64,000 bases of DNA from contig CBDEVT010000002.1 in the NCBI GenBank assembly GCA_965243825.1, forward strand, positions 107,226 through 171,225, written 5' to 3'. Positions within the stretch are counted from its first letter, which is position 1; the number at the start of each line of letters is the position of its first letter. The notes under the pieces are model-generated. The model had not been told where the DNA came from and did not search any database. It saw nothing but the letters and a program-made list of their open reading frames with translations. This stretch comes from Dehalococcoidia bacterium. Its GTDB lineage: Bacteria > Chloroflexota > Dehalococcoidia > Lucifugimonadales > Lucifugimonadaceae. Both the position numbers and the translations under genes were made by a program. Positions 1 to 8,936 of the stretch are shown piece after piece.

Positions 1-464
1 GAAAATCATAGAATTGGCAAACTTCGATAATGGCTCCCAGTTAAATGGCGAGTAATTGCATTGAATCGGTATAGATCCCTTGACCGGGCGGTCCCCATCC
101 CCACACTGATGGTGCTACCGCGGCCTCGTTCATGCGAGGTCTTGGTCCTCAGATGCCCGGAAAACTCGTCCAGGAATCCAGACAGTCTTGTGTGCGCGCG
201 CCGCGCGCCGCCCCTCGGCCTGAACTGTAGCGCCAGAGATCCGCTATCGGCAAAATCAGCGCTGAAGATGAATCGGCCAAGCATTTCGGTGTGCTACCGC
301 GGTCGCCGTTCAACTGATTTTTGTCCTGCCGGATGTGAGGAATACCCTGCCTTCAAAATCATCGAGCGGAGAGTGATCTGTTCACCCTGAATGTCATACG
401 CGGTGTAATTGCCGCCGCTGTCATCCTCTTCGGAATCGCCCTCCTGGTCCTCCGAGGCCCCGCG

Positions 465-2612
465 GTGAATTCGCCGTTGGTGCAGGCGCAGGATGGCGAG
501 CCAGGTTTCACCCTGCATCCCGGTGTCGATCAGTTAGATGTCGGTCTTTCTACGGTTCTGAGTGTCGAGCTTGCATCCGAAAGTTTTACGTCTTCTCCGG
601 TCGATACCTTGCAAATCACGATCGAATTCGATCCCGGCGTTGTTAGTCTCAATGATGGTTTTTGTGTCGGCGACCTCGATGGGATGCAATCAACGGCGGT
701 CGCGCAGGTTGACACGAACCGAGTTACGTTCGTGTGTTTCGGGGAACAGGTCACAGACATTTCAGGCGCAGTTGCAACCATGGTGCTGACCGGCACCGGG
801 CCCGGTGATTCAGAACTCCAACTCGTAGCTGGCGGACCGTTTATCACGGGTCTCATATTCGATGGCCAACTTGTGGGCCAGGGAAATCTGGGTAGCGCGA
901 CCGTTTCTGTTGCGGAACCGGAACCCACTGCCACGCCGATCCCTGAACCGACGGCAACAGCGGTGCCGGAACCCACCGCCACGCCGATCCCTGAGCCAAC
1001 GGCAACACCGGAGCCAGAGCCTACCGCCACGCCGATCCCTGAGCCGACGGCAACACCGGTGCCAGAGCCCACTGCCACAGCTGCGCCACCACCGCCGCCA
1101 CCCCCACCGCCTCCTCCTCCGCCACCTCCCCCTCCGGCAAACAACGCCCCAACTGCACCGTTGAACGTTTCGGCTATCGCCGATGATGGATCGGTGGCTA
1201 TCTCGTGGGATGCCCCTGCATCAGATGGCGGTACACAGATAACGGGCTACCGAATTCTGAACATAAACACATCTCAACCAACAGTTCTTCCATCCGCACA
1301 GACCTCTTACATCGTGGCGAATCTGGATAACGGGACCGAATACTCGTTTCAGCTTTCCGCTTTCAATGCAGTCGGACCTGGTCCAGGAGTACTGATCGGC
1401 CCGGTGACCCCTTCATCAGAAGCCGGTTTTCTATTAGCTGTGAACCAAGCCGCACGATCAGCATTTGGCAGCGACGCGAATATTTCATCGATCGAACCGG
1501 AGGCGATTTCCGAAGACCCTGGAGTCATGCTGCTCATACGTGCAACCGGGATCCAGCAGGGCCAGGTGCCTGTTGGTGAATTTGACTTCGAGTCTGACAC
1601 CCTGGTGATCGATACCGATACCGATGGGGTTGGGGACGCGATGTTTAGGCTGGGGAGCGAAATGAGTTTGGTCGGTCCCGTTACCGTGAATGGATCCGAC
1701 GATGGCATATTGATCGATTTTGAAAGCTCCCAACTCAAGTTAAATCCGGTCATTGACGAGTTTGAGCTACAAGAGCTGGATGCTTCTGTCGGAATACCCG
1801 TTGTGTCTTTTGACGTTGGTCTGACGGCCTTTCAGCAAACCAGTTCGGTCTCTGCCACGTTTTCGGGTCAGATACCTGATGGGATATCAGGCCCAGTCTT
1901 TGCCATCGGCTCGACAGGTAGTTCCGGTTCATTTCAGGCTGCTGATATCGCGTATGCGGTTTCAGTCACAAAGACCGACCTGACCAATGCTGATCTGCTT
2001 GACAACACAGTCTCAATGTCGGTCGGGAAGACCTGGTACGAGGATCGGGATTCTGCCGGGACAGAATTTGTCATTGCAAAGATTGCGGACGATGGGGAGG
2101 TTTTCCTGCTCGAACCTGAATGTGTGGAGAACCTAGATGAGTACGTGTGCACAGTGACGTTCACCGGAGAGGCAGGTGGCTTCTCAGAATTCGTTCTGGG
2201 TGCGCTGACTCTGGTGCCGACCTCGACGCCGACACCTACCCCTAGCCCAACGCCTGTCCCAACGGCTACGATCACACCCCCCACGGCTACTCCGAGCCCT
2301 ACATCAACGCCGGTTCCTGTAGTACCGACATTAGGTGCACCAGTCGACCCGTCCACTCCCGAATCGACTGCGACCTTGACAGCGGCACCGTCACCTACGC
2401 CAGTTCTGGCTCTAGTGCCGTCGGAAACCCCGTTGCCCAGTGCGACTCCTCTTCCTCAATTGACGGCAACACCTGGAGGGAACGGCTTTGGGGATAGCGG
2501 CGGTGGCGGTATACCGACCTGGCTGTTCGTGATTGCCGGTCTGGCCGCTATTGGAGGACTTGGATTACTCGTGCTGCGCGGATTCGCTCCACAGGTGTTG
2601 CGGAGAAGCTGA
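465..2612 (+). CDS. Membrane-anchored surface protein: cohesin-like module, Pro/Thr linker, fibronectin type III domain, C-terminal TM anchor
   Basis: 715-aa ORF. The N-terminal ~150 aa are cohesin-like (beta-rich, '...LQITIEFDPGVVSL...VTFVCFG...ATMVLTGTGPGDSELQLV'). This is followed by a PEPTATP-type linker and 17 consecutive Pro. FN3 signature: 'VSAIADDGSVAISWDAPASDGGTQITGYRI...YSFQLSAFNAVGPG'. A second PT linker precedes the tail 'GGGGIPTWLFVIAGLAAIGGLGLLVLRGF..RR'. A hydrophobic signal-anchor-like segment lies in frame just upstream (408-464) with no ATG/GTG/TTG, so the true start is uncertain. Confidence 0.8.
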   Translation: MNSPLVQAQDGEPGFTLHPGVDQLDVGLSTVLSVELASESFTSSPVDTLQITIEFDPGVVSLNDGFCVGDLDGMQSTAVAQVDTNRVTFVCFGEQVTDISGAVATMVLTGTGPGDSELQLVAGGPFITGLIFDGQLVGQGNLGSATVSVAEPEPTATPIPEPTATAVPEPTATPIPEPTATPEPEPTATPIPEPTATPVPEPTATAAPPPPPPPPPPPPPPPPPANNAPTAPLNVSAIADDGSVAISWDAPASDGGTQITGYRILNINTSQPTVLPSAQTSYIVANLDNGTEYSFQLSAFNAVGPGPGVLIGPVTPSSEAGFLLAVNQAARSAFGSDANISSIEPEAISEDPGVMLLIRATGIQQGQVPVGEFDFESDTLVIDTDTDGVGDAMFRLGSEMSLVGPVTVNGSDDGILIDFESSQLKLNPVIDEFELQELDASVGIPVVSFDVGLTAFQQTSSVSATFSGQIPDGISGPVFAIGSTGSSGSFQAADIAYAVSVTKTDLTNADLLDNTVSMSVGKTWYEDRDSAGTEFVIAKIADDGEVFLLEPECVENLDEYVCTVTFTGEAGGFSEFVLGALTLVPTSTPTPTPSPTPVPTATITPPTATPSPTSTPVPVVPTLGAPVDPSTPESTATLTAAPSPTPVLALVPSETPLPSATPLPQLTATPGGNGFGDSGGGGIPTWLFVIAGLAAIGGLGLLVLRGFAPQVLRRS
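914..1137 (+). repeat. Tandem coding repeats (PEPTATP[I/V])n followed by a 17-codon proline run
   Basis: Direct reading of the sequence: repeated 'gaaccnacngccacnccg...' units, then 'ccaccaccgccgccacccccaccgcctcctcctccgccacctccccctccg' (1083-1137). Confidence 0.9.
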
Positions 2613-2613
2613 A

Positions 2614-5397
2614 ATGAGAAATCCACGTATTAAATATGAAGTTGATAATAGCGGCATCGATCGTTCGGGTAGCTCGGTACGGGGCCGAAACCTTCCGTTG
2701 AGATTCAGGATGAAATGCCTGCAGATCACCGCTGTGGCTATGTTCGCAGCGATTGCGCTTCTCGGCCCGGCGCAGCATGCTGAAGCTTCGACGTCGCCAA
2801 CCTCTTCGACAGTTTTGTTTGACTCTCCGACCCGAATCGATGCCGGACGTGGACAGGGCTCCATTGCCATCGGTGACATAGATGATGATGGCCATATGGA
2901 CTTGGCAGTCACCAATTCCGGTACAAGAACAATCACCGTGCGGATGGGTACGGAAACAGGTTTTTACGGTCCCTACTCGACACACACGGCGGGCTGGAAT
3001 CTTACATCTCTGCACATCATTGACATCGATGGGGATGGCAACAAAGATCTTGTGTTCGCTTATGGCCAAAACAGCCGAGTTTCCATGCTGCCCGGTGACG
3101 GTACAGGGGCATTCGGGCCTGCTATTACCTTAGATTCCGGATTCTCGCCGTCTTCGTTAACGGTTGATGATCTAAATGGGGATGAAAATCCTGATCTGAT
3201 CGTTACACGTGGTAGTGGCGATACCGTTACGGTGCTCATTGGTGCGGGTGATGGCACCTTTGTGGCCACGGATTTCACCGTAGGAGAGGCTCCGCAGGCG
3301 TCGGCGACAGCTGATTTAGACGGTGACGGGAATCTGGATCTTGCCGTGGCTAACTACGGTAGCAATGACGTGTCAGTGCTTCTGGGAGTTGGTGACGGAA
3401 CTTTCGATGCAGCCACCAACTTCGCAGTGGGAGAGGCTCCGATGTCTGTCGCCGTTGAAGACCTGAACGGAGACGGATTTCCTGACATCGTGACCGCAAA
3501 CAGGGACAGTGACTCAGTTTCGGTGTTGCTTGGAGATGGGCTGGGGGGCTTCAGCGGTGCAGCGCCATTGCAGGTTGGATCGCGTCCTAGTGATGTCATG
3601 GTCAGTGACTTGAATGGAGACGGCTATCACGATCTGCTCGTTGTCAATCCTTCCAGCGATGAACTATCAGTGTTACTTGGTGAAGGTGCGGGTACATTCG
3701 GATCCGCCAGGAATCTTGCTGTTGGAACTACACCAATTTCCGCGTTGATCAACGACGTCAATGGCGACGGTAAGGACGATGTGCTCGTAGGTGGTGTGCA
3801 CGAATCGTTAGCAATGCTCATCAACATTACTCCCACTGTAACGGCATACGCCTCATTCGAATCTCCCACCGCCTATTCAGTCTCGTCACCCGGTAGGTCA
3901 TATGCCATCGGTGATATAGATGAGGATGGCCACTTGGACATAGTCACGACAAAAATCTCAGGACAAGAGTTGTCGGTACTACTAGGCACAGGGACAGGTG
4001 TCTTCCAAAAGGCTTCTGATATTCCTGTCGGATCACCACCGAACACGGTAGCGACGGTAGCGATCGATGATTTTAACGGAGACGGCCATCCCGATTTAGT
4101 AACGGTGGGCGGTTGTTGTGGGAGCAGTTCACTATCGGTGCTACTGGGTGATGGAACGGGATCATTCGGAACAGTGTCCCACTACGATACCGACGGTAGA
4201 AGCCACTCCATGGTGGTCTCCGACATAGATGCCGATGGAGTTAAAGATATTGCATTCACTGCTTCATCCGACAACGTAGTTATTGTGCACATTGGTGTCG
4301 GAGACGGCTCTTTCGGCCTACCTACAGTGTTCGGAGTCGGACCGAGCCCTGGCGGCCTGGTGATTGGCGATCTGAACGGTGACGATGTTCCTGATATTGC
4401 GACGGCCAACTTCATTGACAACAACGTTTCTGTGTTACTGGGAATTGGCGGCGGGAACTTTGCATCCGCGATCAACTATCATGCCGGGGATGCTCCCAGA
4501 GGGCTATCCGTGGAAGATCTCAACGGAGATGGTGTTCCAGACCTGGTCACCTCCAACGAGTCCGGTCGGGACGTTTCCGTATTGCCAGGAGTAGGAGACG
4601 GTACTTTCGGATCACCGGTCCACCATGGAGTCGGTGTGGAACCTAACTCACTTTCGATTGGGGATTTTAATCATGATGGATTGCCTGACATCGTCACTGC
4701 AAATCATCGCAGCGGAAGTGTGTCTGTACTAGCAAGTTTGGGCGATGGGCGATTCGGTGTGGCCACTAACGTACTGGTTGGTGAGAGAGTACGGTCAGTG
4801 GCGATCGGAGATTTTGACGGCAATGGTATGCCGGATCTCACGGTCCAGGACGAAAGTCGTGGCAAGATCGCAGTTCTCATGAACAACACGATTCCACTGT
4901 CATACGTCTCAGGTCACGTTACTGTCCAGGGGACCGGTGATGAGGCGATGTTCTCCTCGGTGGCCCCTGAGCTTAGCCTTGTGCCAGTTTCGGGGGGCAA
5001 CGAAGGACCTGTAACAGTTGAGATCTCACCTGATGGGACGTTCCTGATAGTTGGCGCGGAGTATGGAGAGTACGACCTGACCCTTGTTGCACCGGGAACC
5101 TTGGGTCGTCACATGTCTGGTCTGGCGCTAGGTCAAGGTGGAGCTAGTCTCCAGTCCATTGAGCTTCGTGGTGGAATTGTCGACGATGATGACGCTGTCA
5201 CCGAAGAAGATGTTGATCTTGTCGCCTCGGCATTCGGCAGCGATCCAGAGACCCTCAACGGCAGGTTAGACGGTGACGGAAATGTTGTGGATCTTGATGG
5301 CGATGGTTTCGTCACGGGGTTCGACATCTCCATCGTTCTTGGCAACATCGGGTCAGAACGTCTGCAAGAGTGGACCGATCCTGCACAGTCCCCTTGA
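2614..5397 (+). CDS. Secreted FG-GAP/VCBS repeat protein (two 7-bladed beta-propellers) with C-terminal dockerin-like module
   Basis: Fourteen repeats of 'D(L/I/F)(N/D)GDG.(P/K/L)D(L/I)...G.GDGTF', in two groups of seven. Signal peptide 'MKCLQITAVAMFAAIALLGPAQHAEA'. The C-terminus has two EF-hand-like dockerin segments, 'DDDDAVTEEDVDLVASAFG' and 'DLDGDGFVTGFDISIVLGNIG'. ATG 2614 follows GGAGAAG (2602-2608) and overlaps the upstream stop. ATG 2710 is an alternative start. The track start at 2533 overlaps the upstream gene by 80 nt and is rejected. Confidence 0.85.
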   Translation: MRNPRIKYEVDNSGIDRSGSSVRGRNLPLRFRMKCLQITAVAMFAAIALLGPAQHAEASTSPTSSTVLFDSPTRIDAGRGQGSIAIGDIDDDGHMDLAVTNSGTRTITVRMGTETGFYGPYSTHTAGWNLTSLHIIDIDGDGNKDLVFAYGQNSRVSMLPGDGTGAFGPAITLDSGFSPSSLTVDDLNGDENPDLIVTRGSGDTVTVLIGAGDGTFVATDFTVGEAPQASATADLDGDGNLDLAVANYGSNDVSVLLGVGDGTFDAATNFAVGEAPMSVAVEDLNGDGFPDIVTANRDSDSVSVLLGDGLGGFSGAAPLQVGSRPSDVMVSDLNGDGYHDLLVVNPSSDELSVLLGEGAGTFGSARNLAVGTTPISALINDVNGDGKDDVLVGGVHESLAMLINITPTVTAYASFESPTAYSVSSPGRSYAIGDIDEDGHLDIVTTKISGQELSVLLGTGTGVFQKASDIPVGSPPNTVATVAIDDFNGDGHPDLVTVGGCCGSSSLSVLLGDGTGSFGTVSHYDTDGRSHSMVVSDIDADGVKDIAFTASSDNVVIVHIGVGDGSFGLPTVFGVGPSPGGLVIGDLNGDDVPDIATANFIDNNVSVLLGIGGGNFASAINYHAGDAPRGLSVEDLNGDGVPDLVTSNESGRDVSVLPGVGDGTFGSPVHHGVGVEPNSLSIGDFNHDGLPDIVTANHRSGSVSVLASLGDGRFGVATNVLVGERVRSVAIGDFDGNGMPDLTVQDESRGKIAVLMNNTIPLSYVSGHVTVQGTGDEAMFSSVAPELSLVPVSGGNEGPVTVEISPDGTFLIVGAEYGEYDLTLVAPGTLGRHMSGLALGQGGASLQSIELRGGIVDDDDAVTEEDVDLVASAFGSDPETLNGRLDGDGNVVDLDGDGFVTGFDISIVLGNIGSERLQEWTDPAQSP

Positions 5398-5569
5398 GGT
5401 TTGCAGTTGACCTTACTGTTAGCACGAAGGAACGATATTAGTCAGGGCAGGTCTTCGGTCTGGATTGCGACGATCACATGAGCGGAGGTCTCGACAGACC
5501 GTCTATAGTGTCGAAACCTGCTTGCTAATTGTGATTTCGATCTAGAAATTCGCTCATTGGCTGCTGAAA

Positions 5570-8500
5570 TTGAAAGGCAGCAATCCTGTGATTCGCCTCA
5601 AATGGCCTGTTCTTCCGATCACCTCACTTGCCGTGCTGCTGGCGCTGATCTCTACTTTTCACGAGCTTCCAACAGCTTTCGCGAATCACGATGGCGAACC
5701 GGGTGATCTTGAGGCTCGTGCGATCGGGCTGGTCGTTGACGCTGAGCCGACGCTAGCCCGGGTCAATGAACCGAACGTACCCGACGATTGCTGGACTATC
5801 CAGGAGTTTCCATACACCCGGGATGCCTACTTCGACCGGAAAGAGGAATGCGTTGATCCATGGATTTCTGTGCATCAGATGTTCACCTTTGAGGTAAACG
5901 CAGGTGGAACCTATGTTGTGTGGAATGAACTGCTGGCCCCGGGGATGCCAGCTCAGTTTTTTCCGCCAGTCACTGAGGTATTCGTTGAAACGACGGGTGA
6001 GAATCGCTGGCTGGGATTTCAGTCACCGTTAGTTGATATCGAAAATCAGACATACGGACATCTGCAATCGAATGTCTGGGTCAACGACCTCACACCACTC
6101 CAACGTTGGGGCTGGGACCAGGACATTCATATCGACTATAGGACCCCGGTTGAGGAAGGAATTCGCAATCGCATCGCGTATGCGTTCACTGCCAAAGAAG
6201 ACGGTAAGTGGCGCTTCTCGGTGGGTGGTACGAATCCTCTGCCTCCTGGAACCTACGATGAGGGCGACAATATCCGGGTTTGGGTACAGAGGCTCGATGG
6301 AGCCCCAGAGTCCACGGTCTTCCCATTTGACCGGTTTGAATATCCACCTGCGAATGAACTTGTAATCGAGCACGGTGCAACGGTTTACCGAGACTTCCTA
6401 CTTCTTGATCGGCAGACTAACGAGCCCGCGAGCGGTATTAGCGTGGCACTATCACCGACGGGTTCCTGTAGTTCGCTCGATCCCGGCCACTTACGTTGCA
6501 TCATCAACACGCCGGAACTACCTCTGGGCCAGCACGAGTTCCTGTTCACATCAGCCACCAGGTCCGGCGAACCGGAATCGGTGGTCGATTGGCCTTCTTT
6601 CGGATTCACGACCGTTCCGCGCAGCATCAAGACCAGGGCTGAGATGACACTCGACGCCAAGGCCAAGGGCCAGATTGTGGGCGGGATCTTTGTAACTGGA
6701 GAATCCGGACTTGGTATTAAGTTCCATGAGAACGGCGCGTTGACTCTTGACTCAGGAGAGGCCGTTGCCCTGGGTGTTTCTGCTGACACAGGGTTCGGCG
6801 CAGGTCTGAAGCTTGGCTGGATAACCCCTCGCGCCAAGGGCGAGATCGAGTTCGAAGCAGATATCAAAGCGTTCGAAGCCGTCGCGATTGATATCACCAA
6901 CCCGGATGACTTCGATCAACAGGTCGCCATGAGCGCTTTCGTTCTCGACAAATTGGTGTCTCTTGGAACGATAGCGACGTCCACGCCGCTAGACGTTGTA
7001 CTCGACACGTTCCGTGAAGACGCGCTGCAAGAACAGTTCAGGTCTTTCGTTACAGCGGATGAGATTGGCGTCGCTGCGTCCGCGAACCTCACAGGCAAAC
7101 TCGGATCCTGGACCGGAAACCGCCCGGGACTCGGTGCGCTGAATATAGGAATGGGCGCTACGGCAGGCGGTTCGATTTCGACCAGTTGGAAGTTCGACAA
7201 GAAGACCGGCGACCATGCAATTGTGGCCCGGATATCTGTTGCTGGTTCCGGCCTGTTCGACCCAACAACGTGGCCCATCTACTTCGAAGGCCAGGAGATT
7301 AACTACTCCGTGCTGGCTGGCGCGAATGTCGAGGTGACGTTCGCTTTCGATGGGAATCCTGTCGAAGGGGGAGTGCTTCAAACGGTGGCGGTCTCGGTCA
7401 AAGGCGGAACCACCTGGGAGGAGAGAATCGATTCTGGTTCGGTCAGTATCGCCTTTGACGCACAGCAGTTTGCAGACGCCTCCGACTTCTTGATCGAGAA
7501 TCTCATTGATCTAACCGACCCGGCAAACACCACCGAATTCTCGGCCGAAGTACTGGGCAACCTGCTCCAGGCTGCATTGAAAGATGTTGATGGGGAGCTG
7601 ATCATCAACAGTTCCCGAGGTACTCGTTTCCGACCCACGTTCGAACTTGGTGCGGAGTTGCTGGCAGGAGTAGGGATTAAGGGTGAGGTGGAAGCAGGTG
7701 GCGATTGGCGTCTGGTGGTAACCCAGAAGACACAGGACTGGAGGCTGTTAGCAGACTTTGACGGTAAGCGCGGATTGGTGCAGATCGCAGAGTTCCCTTT
7801 CGAGGAAACTCAGGAGTCAGAGACGCCAGCCTCCGATATCGTGGGTCAGATCATTTTGGACGCACTTGAGGAACACCTGCCCGGTAGATCGTTCAGAGAG
7901 TGGATAAGGGAGCAATGGAACTCTGGCGAAGACCTCACCATTGACGCTTCCAGCGACCAGACCGATACGGCATTGCTCGACTTCACAGGTCATGATCGGA
8001 CGGTGACGAACCGGGTCGACGGTGAAGTGGCGGCGCTAGAAATAGCTGTTCGAACCTGGTTCCACAGGATCTTGCCGAACTGGATCGTTCCGGGAGGTTT
8101 CCGAGGTAGGCCATCGGCACCGAAAAATTTACCTGTATCGCTCAATAGTGGAATTGCAGCGCAGAACGCTTCTTCGCTGTTCTTTGCTTCGGAGTTCATG
8201 GACATCGCGCCGAATGATGTGACTATTGAACCTCCGGTAACAATTCAACTCTCTTACTTGACTGATCCGCCGGATCCACATCAACTGAAGCTTTTTCGGT
8301 ATGCGGGCATTGGCGTATGGAGCCCGTTGCCTACCGAGATCGACACTGAAAATCGAATTGCTACCGCCCAGACCTCGGAGTTTGGGACATTCGTGGTCGG
8401 GCTGGACACAACTCCACCTGAGATCGTTCCGATCGAAACGACTACCGGATTCACAGCTCTGGTCGCGGATTTTGAGGCTGGTATAGATGTCAACTCGATC

Positions 8501-8893
8501 TCGCTGACCGTTGACGGCAAATCAGTACAAACTGAATACGATCTGGCGTCCCAGACTATCTCGCCACTGACCGCAATCGCGGATGGTGCTGCGATCATAC
8601 TTGTCGTGGCTGACACCGCTGGAAATGAAGCGATCTATGAAGATTCTGTAGAACAACTATTACCTGACAGCGATACGGGCTCGAACCTGGACGGCACCAC
8701 CCAGCCAACGGCTACTCCTCGACTGGATGACGAGACCGACACTGAGGATCCAGACAATGCCTCAGGTGGTGGCGGACCCTCGCCAGTGGTGGTCATTCTG
8801 GTAGTTTTGCTCGTACTCGCTTTGCTGGGTGGCGGTGCGTTCTACGTGATGCGTCGACGTCCCAGTGACACGATCCAGCAGAGTTCCAGCTAA
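5570..8893 (+). CDS. Large (1107 aa) secreted, C-terminally membrane-anchored protein of unknown function
   Basis: N-terminal signal 'VLPITSLAVLLALISTFHELPTAFA'. C-terminal 'ASGGGGPSPVVVILVVLLVLALLGGGAFYVMRRRP'. Ig-like segment near the C-terminus. No catalytic motif recognised. TTG start; GTG 5588 is an alternative. Confidence 0.75.
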   Translation: MKGSNPVIRLKWPVLPITSLAVLLALISTFHELPTAFANHDGEPGDLEARAIGLVVDAEPTLARVNEPNVPDDCWTIQEFPYTRDAYFDRKEECVDPWISVHQMFTFEVNAGGTYVVWNELLAPGMPAQFFPPVTEVFVETTGENRWLGFQSPLVDIENQTYGHLQSNVWVNDLTPLQRWGWDQDIHIDYRTPVEEGIRNRIAYAFTAKEDGKWRFSVGGTNPLPPGTYDEGDNIRVWVQRLDGAPESTVFPFDRFEYPPANELVIEHGATVYRDFLLLDRQTNEPASGISVALSPTGSCSSLDPGHLRCIINTPELPLGQHEFLFTSATRSGEPESVVDWPSFGFTTVPRSIKTRAEMTLDAKAKGQIVGGIFVTGESGLGIKFHENGALTLDSGEAVALGVSADTGFGAGLKLGWITPRAKGEIEFEADIKAFEAVAIDITNPDDFDQQVAMSAFVLDKLVSLGTIATSTPLDVVLDTFREDALQEQFRSFVTADEIGVAASANLTGKLGSWTGNRPGLGALNIGMGATAGGSISTSWKFDKKTGDHAIVARISVAGSGLFDPTTWPIYFEGQEINYSVLAGANVEVTFAFDGNPVEGGVLQTVAVSVKGGTTWEERIDSGSVSIAFDAQQFADASDFLIENLIDLTDPANTTEFSAEVLGNLLQAALKDVDGELIINSSRGTRFRPTFELGAELLAGVGIKGEVEAGGDWRLVVTQKTQDWRLLADFDGKRGLVQIAEFPFEETQESETPASDIVGQIILDALEEHLPGRSFREWIREQWNSGEDLTIDASSDQTDTALLDFTGHDRTVTNRVDGEVAALEIAVRTWFHRILPNWIVPGGFRGRPSAPKNLPVSLNSGIAAQNASSLFFASEFMDIAPNDVTIEPPVTIQLSYLTDPPDPHQLKLFRYAGIGVWSPLPTEIDTENRIATAQTSEFGTFVVGLDTTPPEIVPIETTTGFTALVADFEAGIDVNSISLTVDGKSVQTEYDLASQTISPLTAIADGAAIILVVADTAGNEAIYEDSVEQLLPDSDTGSNLDGTTQPTATPRLDDETDTEDPDNASGGGGPSPVVVILVVLLVLALLGGGAFYVMRRRPSDTIQQSSS

Positions 8894-8936
8894 TCCGACC
8901 CTGATCCCACCATCTGATTTCGCTTTCGAGGCCTGA

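Noticed and set aside
6-390. ORFs 6-284 (-) and 61-390 (+) at the left edge
   Set aside because: They are Arg/Ser/Cys-rich with no motifs and no RBS, and they overlap each other. I treat the region as a non-coding leader.
530-1144. 204-aa minus-strand ORF rich in Gly/Val/Ala (poly-Gly N-terminus)
   Set aside because: It is the antisense reading of the PT-linker and poly-Pro coding repeats of the 465-2612 gene. It is low complexity with no start context.
2533-2613. Upstream extension of the FG-GAP gene (track start 2533)
   Set aside because: It overlaps the preceding gene's TM tail by 80 nt. ATG 2614 has a GGAG RBS, and the signal peptide begins further downstream.
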